Assembly: GCA_047602405.1 (NCBI GenBank)
Contig: JASGHJ010000001.1
Coordinates: 2,240,001 to 2,304,000, forward strand
DNA from: Anaeromyxobacteraceae bacterium
GTDB lineage: Bacteria; Myxococcota; Myxococcia; Myxococcales; Anaeromyxobacteraceae
Length of the DNA stretch: 64,000 nt
Reading direction: 5' to 3'
In this document: in pieces, positions 60,307 through 64,000 of the stretch
Position numbering within the stretch: the stretch's first letter is position 1
Layout of the letters: each line of letters begins with the position of its first letter
Position numbers and translations under genes: made by a program
The notes under the pieces: model-generated
The model's database searches: none
The model's input: only the letters and a program-made list of their open reading frames with translations
Told to the model about the DNA's origin: nothing

Positions 60307-60904
60307 GTGGCCGTCGCGGATCCCATCGCCCGGCTCGTGAAGGAGTTCGCGAAGCTGCCGGGCATCGGCGAGAAGACCGCCCAGCGCCTCGCGTTCCACG
60401 TCCTGAAGGCCGGACCCGGCTACGCCGGCGAGCTCGCCGCGGCGATCGCCGGGGTGGTGCGCGACGTCCGGCTCTGCTCGCAGTGCCAGACCCTCACCGA
60501 CGTCGACCCGTGCCCGGTCTGCGCCGACCCGGAGCGCGACGCGAAGCTGCTCTGCGTGGTCGAGGGCGTGCCCGACCTCATCGCCATCGAGCGCACCCGC
60601 GAGTACCGCGGGCGGTATCACGTCCTGCACGGGGCCCTCTCGCCGCTCGACGGCATCGGCCCCGGCGAGCTCAGAGATCCGCGAGCTCCTCGTCCGCCTG
60701 GAAGGGGCGCCGGTGGACGAGGTGGTGGTGGCGACGAACCCGGACGTCGAGGGCGAGGCCACCGCGCTCTACCTGCAGAAGCTGCTGAAGCCGCTCGGGG
60801 TCAGGGTCACCCGCATCGCCCAGGGGGTGCCGATGGGGGGCGATCTCGAGTACGCGGATCAGGTGACCCTGGCCCGCGCCCTGGCCGGCCGCCGAGAGCT
60901 GTAG
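60307..60904 (+). CDS. recR: Recombination mediator RecR, frameshift near 60674
   Basis: [14 protein letters not shown]4 zinc finger, [16 protein letters not shown]; then in the +1 frame [19 protein letters not shown]. Confidence 0.93.
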
Positions 60905-61001
60905 GCGTCCCGGGGCGTACGATGAGGTCTACGAGATTGAATACCGGGCGTTTCCCTGGTATTCGGCCATGGTCTCGGGAACATCGCGGAGAGCCCTGCG
61001 C

Positions 61002-61481
61002 ATGAATTCCGGCTTGGTCATGTACGAGGAGGAGTTCCGGCTGATCGCCGGGATCTGCGATCGGCTCACGCGCGACGCGAACGCGAAGGTGGTGTTCCTC
61101 GTCGACAAGAACGGCCAGCTCATCGCCTCCTCCGGGCAGGCCCAGAACCTCGACACCACCTCCCTCGCCTCGCTCACCGCCGGGAACGTCGCCGCGATGG
61201 GCGGCCTCGCGAAGCTGATCGGGGAGAAGGAGTTCCCGAACCAGTTCCACGAGGGGGAGCGCGAGTCGCTCCACATGAGCATCGTGGGCGGGCGGGTGGT
61301 CCTGGTCGTCATCTTCGATGCCAAGAGCTCGCTCGGGCTCGTGCGCCTCCGGGTGAAGAAGGCCGGCGAGGAGCTCGGGAAGGTCTTCGAGGCGCTCGCC
61401 CAGAAGCAGGCGGCACCCGGCGCGGCGAGCCCGTTCGCCGAGATCACCGATGACGACATCGACAATCTCTTCAGCGAGTGA
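61002..61481 (+). CDS. mglB: Roadblock/LC7 GAP MglB
   Basis: LVMYEEEF..DANAKVVFLVDKNGQLI..DTTSLASLTAGNVAAMGGLAKLIGE..SPFAEITDDDIDNLFSE. Confidence 0.96.
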   Translation: MNSGLVMYEEEFRLIAGICDRLTRDANAKVVFLVDKNGQLIASSGQAQNLDTTSLASLTAGNVAAMGGLAKLIGEKEFPNQFHEGERESLHMSIVGGRVVLVVIFDAKSSLGLVRLRVKKAGEELGKVFEALAQKQAAPGAASPFAEITDDDIDNLFSE

Positions 61482-61484
61482 GCG

Positions 61485-62072
61485 ATGAGCTTCATCAACT
61501 ACAGCTCACGCGAGATCAACTGCAAGATCGTCTACTACGGGCCTGGCCTGTGCGGGAAGACGACCAACCTGCAGTACGTCTACGCGAAGACCAACCCCGA
61601 CGCGAAGGGCAAGATGATCTCCCTCGCGACGGAGACCGAGCGCACGCTCTTCTTCGACTTCCTCCCCCTCTCGCTGGGTGAGATCCGCGGCTTCAAGACC
61701 CGCTTCCACCTGTACACGGTGCCGGGCCAGGTCTTCTACGACGCGTCCAGAAAGCTTATCCTGAAGGGCGTGGACGGGGTCGTGTTCGTCGCCGACTCGC
61801 AGATCGAGCGCATGGAGGCGAACCTCGAGTCGGTCGAGAACCTGCGCGTGAACCTCTCCGAGCAGGGCTACGACCTCGACAAGATCCCGTACGTCGTCCA
61901 GTACAACAAGCGGGACCTCCCGAACGTCGCGACCATCGAGGAGCTGCACCGGCTCCTCAACCCCAACGGCGTGCCCGAGTACCAGGCCGTCGCCCCGACC
62001 GGCGTCGGCGTGTTCGACACGCTGAAGGCCGTCGCGAAGCTGGTCCTCACCGAGCTGAAGAAGGGCGGCTGA
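61485..62072 (+). CDS. mglA: Small GTPase MglA
   Basis: [34 protein letters not shown] and NKRD motifs; 195 aa. Confidence 0.98.
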   Translation: MSFINYSSREINCKIVYYGPGLCGKTTNLQYVYAKTNPDAKGKMISLATETERTLFFDFLPLSLGEIRGFKTRFHLYTVPGQVFYDASRKLILKGVDGVVFVADSQIERMEANLESVENLRVNLSEQGYDLDKIPYVVQYNKRDLPNVATIEELHRLLNPNGVPEYQAVAPTGVGVFDTLKAVAKLVLTELKKGG

Positions 62073-62224
62073 GGCCCCCACCACCCCGCAGGGCCATCCG
62101 CCTCGGGCAGGGCGGCCAGGCGCCTGCTCGCCCGGTGGTCGGGCTGGCGCGACCCCGGCAGCCCCGTGGTATAAGGGATCGCCTCGTAGGTCCGAATTTC
62201 CCGGGGTTTTTCCCCGAAGCGAGG

Positions 62225-62977
62225 GTGACCGTGGTGCGAACCGTCGGGTTGCTCGCCGTCCTCTGTCTCGCGCTGCCCGCCGCGGCCGGGGGGCAGGCGT
62301 CCCCGCCTGCGCAGGAGCCCTCGGCACCCACGACGGCACCCGCAGCAGCCCCCGCCGACGCCGCGTCCCCGAAGGCCGTGTCCGCGAAGCCCCCGGCGCC
62401 CATGACGGCCGACGAGGTGAACGACCTCAAGGTCCGCACGCTCGAGGAGCGCGTCTCCGACCTCAAGGAGAAGATCTTCCGGACGAAGGCGCGCCTGATG
62501 AACCTGCAGGAAATGGTCATCGGCGGCGACATCACCACCGGTGCGAAGGCCGTCCTCGTGCACCGCAACGAGATGGGCTCGAGCTTCTACCTCGAGTCGG
62601 CCGCGTACGCGCTCGACGGCGCGCCGATCTACACGAAGGTGGACGTCGACGGCGACCTCGAGAAGCGCGAGGAGTTCGAGATCTTCAACGGGCGCGTCGT
62701 GCCCGGCAACCACCAGGTCTCGGTGCAGCTCGTCTACCGCGGCCACGGCTACGGCGTGTTCAGCTACCTCGAGGGCTTCCGCTTCAAGGTCCAGTCCTCG
62801 TACACGTTCGCCGCCGAGCCCGGGAAGGTGAACACCATCAAGGTGGTGGGCTTCGAGAAGGGCGGCCTCACGGCGGAGCTGAAGGATCGCCCGTCGGTCC
62901 GCTACGACGTGGACACGCAGCGCGAGGAGCAGGCGCCCCGCACCCAGCCCGCCGCGGCCGAAGGCACCGGGAAGTGA
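62225..62977 (+). CDS. Secreted hypothetical protein (coiled coil plus Ig-like domain)
   Basis: Signal peptide, Ala/Pro linker, LEERVSDLKEKIFRTKARL coiled coil, beta-rich C-terminus; start approximate. Confidence 0.8.
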   Translation: MTVVRTVGLLAVLCLALPAAAGGQASPPAQEPSAPTTAPAAAPADAASPKAVSAKPPAPMTADEVNDLKVRTLEERVSDLKEKIFRTKARLMNLQEMVIGGDITTGAKAVLVHRNEMGSSFYLESAAYALDGAPIYTKVDVDGDLEKREEFEIFNGRVVPGNHQVSVQLVYRGHGYGVFSYLEGFRFKVQSSYTFAAEPGKVNTIKVVGFEKGGLTAELKDRPSVRYDVDTQREEQAPRTQPAAAEGTGK

Positions 62978-64000
62978 ACCTGCCGAGCACGATCGTCGCC
63001 GCGGTCGCGCTCGCGATCGCGGCGACCGGGCCCCGCCCCGCGAGCGCCGCCCCGAAGGGTGCGGCGCAGGACCCCGTCCGCCAGGCGGAGATCCTCGAGG
63101 CGAAGCTCTCGCAGCTCGAGGCGGTCGGCCCGATGGAGGACGAGGACCCGTCCGCCCGGCGCGTCCGCAAGTTCGCGCAGGCGGAGATCCAGTTCGCGCT
63201 GCGGGACTGGATGCACACCGGCATCCTCCTCGCCGAGCTCGTCGACGACCCGGCGTTCAAGGCCTCCCGCGACTACCCGCGCGCGGTCTTCATGCTCGCG
63301 GAGGCGCTGCGCGAGCAGGGCGCCTGCGTGCCGGCGCGCGTCCGCTACGACGAGCTCCTCGCCCTCCCCGCAGGCACCGCGATGCACCCGGCCAGCGTGC
63401 AGGGCGCGATGGCCTGCGCGGTGAAGGAGGGCCGGCCCGAGGTGGTCGGCCCGCTCTACGAGAAGGCGCAGGGCGTCTTCCCGGGGGGGCCGCCGCCCGA
63501 GGTCCGCTACCTCGCGGCGAAGTCGCTCTACCAGCGCACCGACCTCCCGGAGGAGCGCCGCCAGGCGCTCGCCGCCGCCGCGCTCGCGGACGTCCCCGCC
63601 CCGTACCTCTCGCAGGCGCGCTACCTCGAGGGCGTCATGCTCGTCGAGAAGGGCGACCTCGACGCCGCGCGGGTGAAGTTCGAGGGCTGCGCCGCCGACC
63701 TCGGCCCCGGCACCAGCGCGGACGTCGCCGAGCTGTGCACGCTCGCGGTGGCCCGCCTCCACGCCGACGCGGCCCGCCCCGCCGCCGCGCTCGACTGGTA
63801 CGCGCGGATCCCGCGCGAGTCGCCGCGCTTCACCGAGGCGCTCTACGAGATCGCCTGGAACTACGTGAAGGCGAAGCGCTACGACGAGGCGCTCAAGACC
63901 GCCGAGCTCATCACCGACCTCGCGCCCGAGACGCCGCTCGCGCCCGAGGCGACCATCCTGCAGGGGCACCTGCTCCTCAAGCTCGAGCGCCACGACGAGG
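62974..64000 (+). CDS. Secreted TPR repeat protein (partial, runs off the window)
   Basis: GTG overlaps the upstream stop; signal peptide; helical repeats such as EALYEIAWNYVK and EATILQGHLLLKL; not in the ORF track because no stop falls in the window. Confidence 0.8.
   Translation, partial: MNLPSTIVAAVALAIAATGPRPASAAPKGAAQDPVRQAEILEAKLSQLEAVGPMEDEDPSARRVRKFAQAEIQFALRDWMHTGILLAELVDDPAFKASRDYPRAVFMLAEALREQGACVPARVRYDELLALPAGTAMHPASVQGAMACAVKEGRPEVVGPLYEKAQGVFPGGPPPEVRYLAAKSLYQRTDLPEERRQALAAAALADVPAPYLSQARYLEGVMLVEKGDLDAARVKFEGCAADLGPGTSADVAELCTLAVARLHADAARPAAALDWYARIPRESPRFTEALYEIAWNYVKAKRYDEALKTAELITDLAPETPLAPEATILQGHLLLKLERHDE

Noticed and set aside
60307..60904. True pseudogenisation of recR, treZ, NRDE, OmpA, GAF and MDR genes
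   Set aside because: Each has a single 1-base indel with both halves otherwise intact and a shared error-like context; sequencing artefact is more likely, though unproven

Overview
Very GC-rich chromosomal segment from a myxobacterium, most like Anaeromyxobacter (mglBA after recR, a MYXO-CTERM protein, a Ser/Thr kinase-TPR/PEGA module, a eukaryote-like citrate synthase). Most genes are housekeeping or metabolic: panBC-smpB, pckG, treZ, gltA, acnA, pncB, a succinate/acetate CoA-transferase, truD, and tadA-tRNA-Ser x2-ffs-dnaX-ybaB-recR-mglBA. These are interspersed with envelope and accessory genes: a 2194-aa Ig-repeat surface protein, OmpA-family proteins, c-type cytochromes, Cys-rich Sel1-like proteins and a GNAT-acyltransferase-ureohydrolase operon. 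No transposase, integrase, reverse transcriptase, CRISPR array or prophage was found. The least explained signals are non-coding. (i) An ~850-bp intergenic region (3593-4440) holds two inverted ~100-bp copies of a hairpin core, each nested in its own long rod-like stem. (ii) A covarying palindromic repeat family has six copies, four of them read through in frame inside protein linkers (S1 protein, GAF protein, two in DnaX). (iii) There is a second two-hairpin repeat family and a separate palindromic in-frame insert. Six genes carry single-base frameshifts; four map to AGATC contexts, which suggests methylation-linked long-read errors rather than real pseudogenes. All family assignments come from motif recognition by eye, not database searches.
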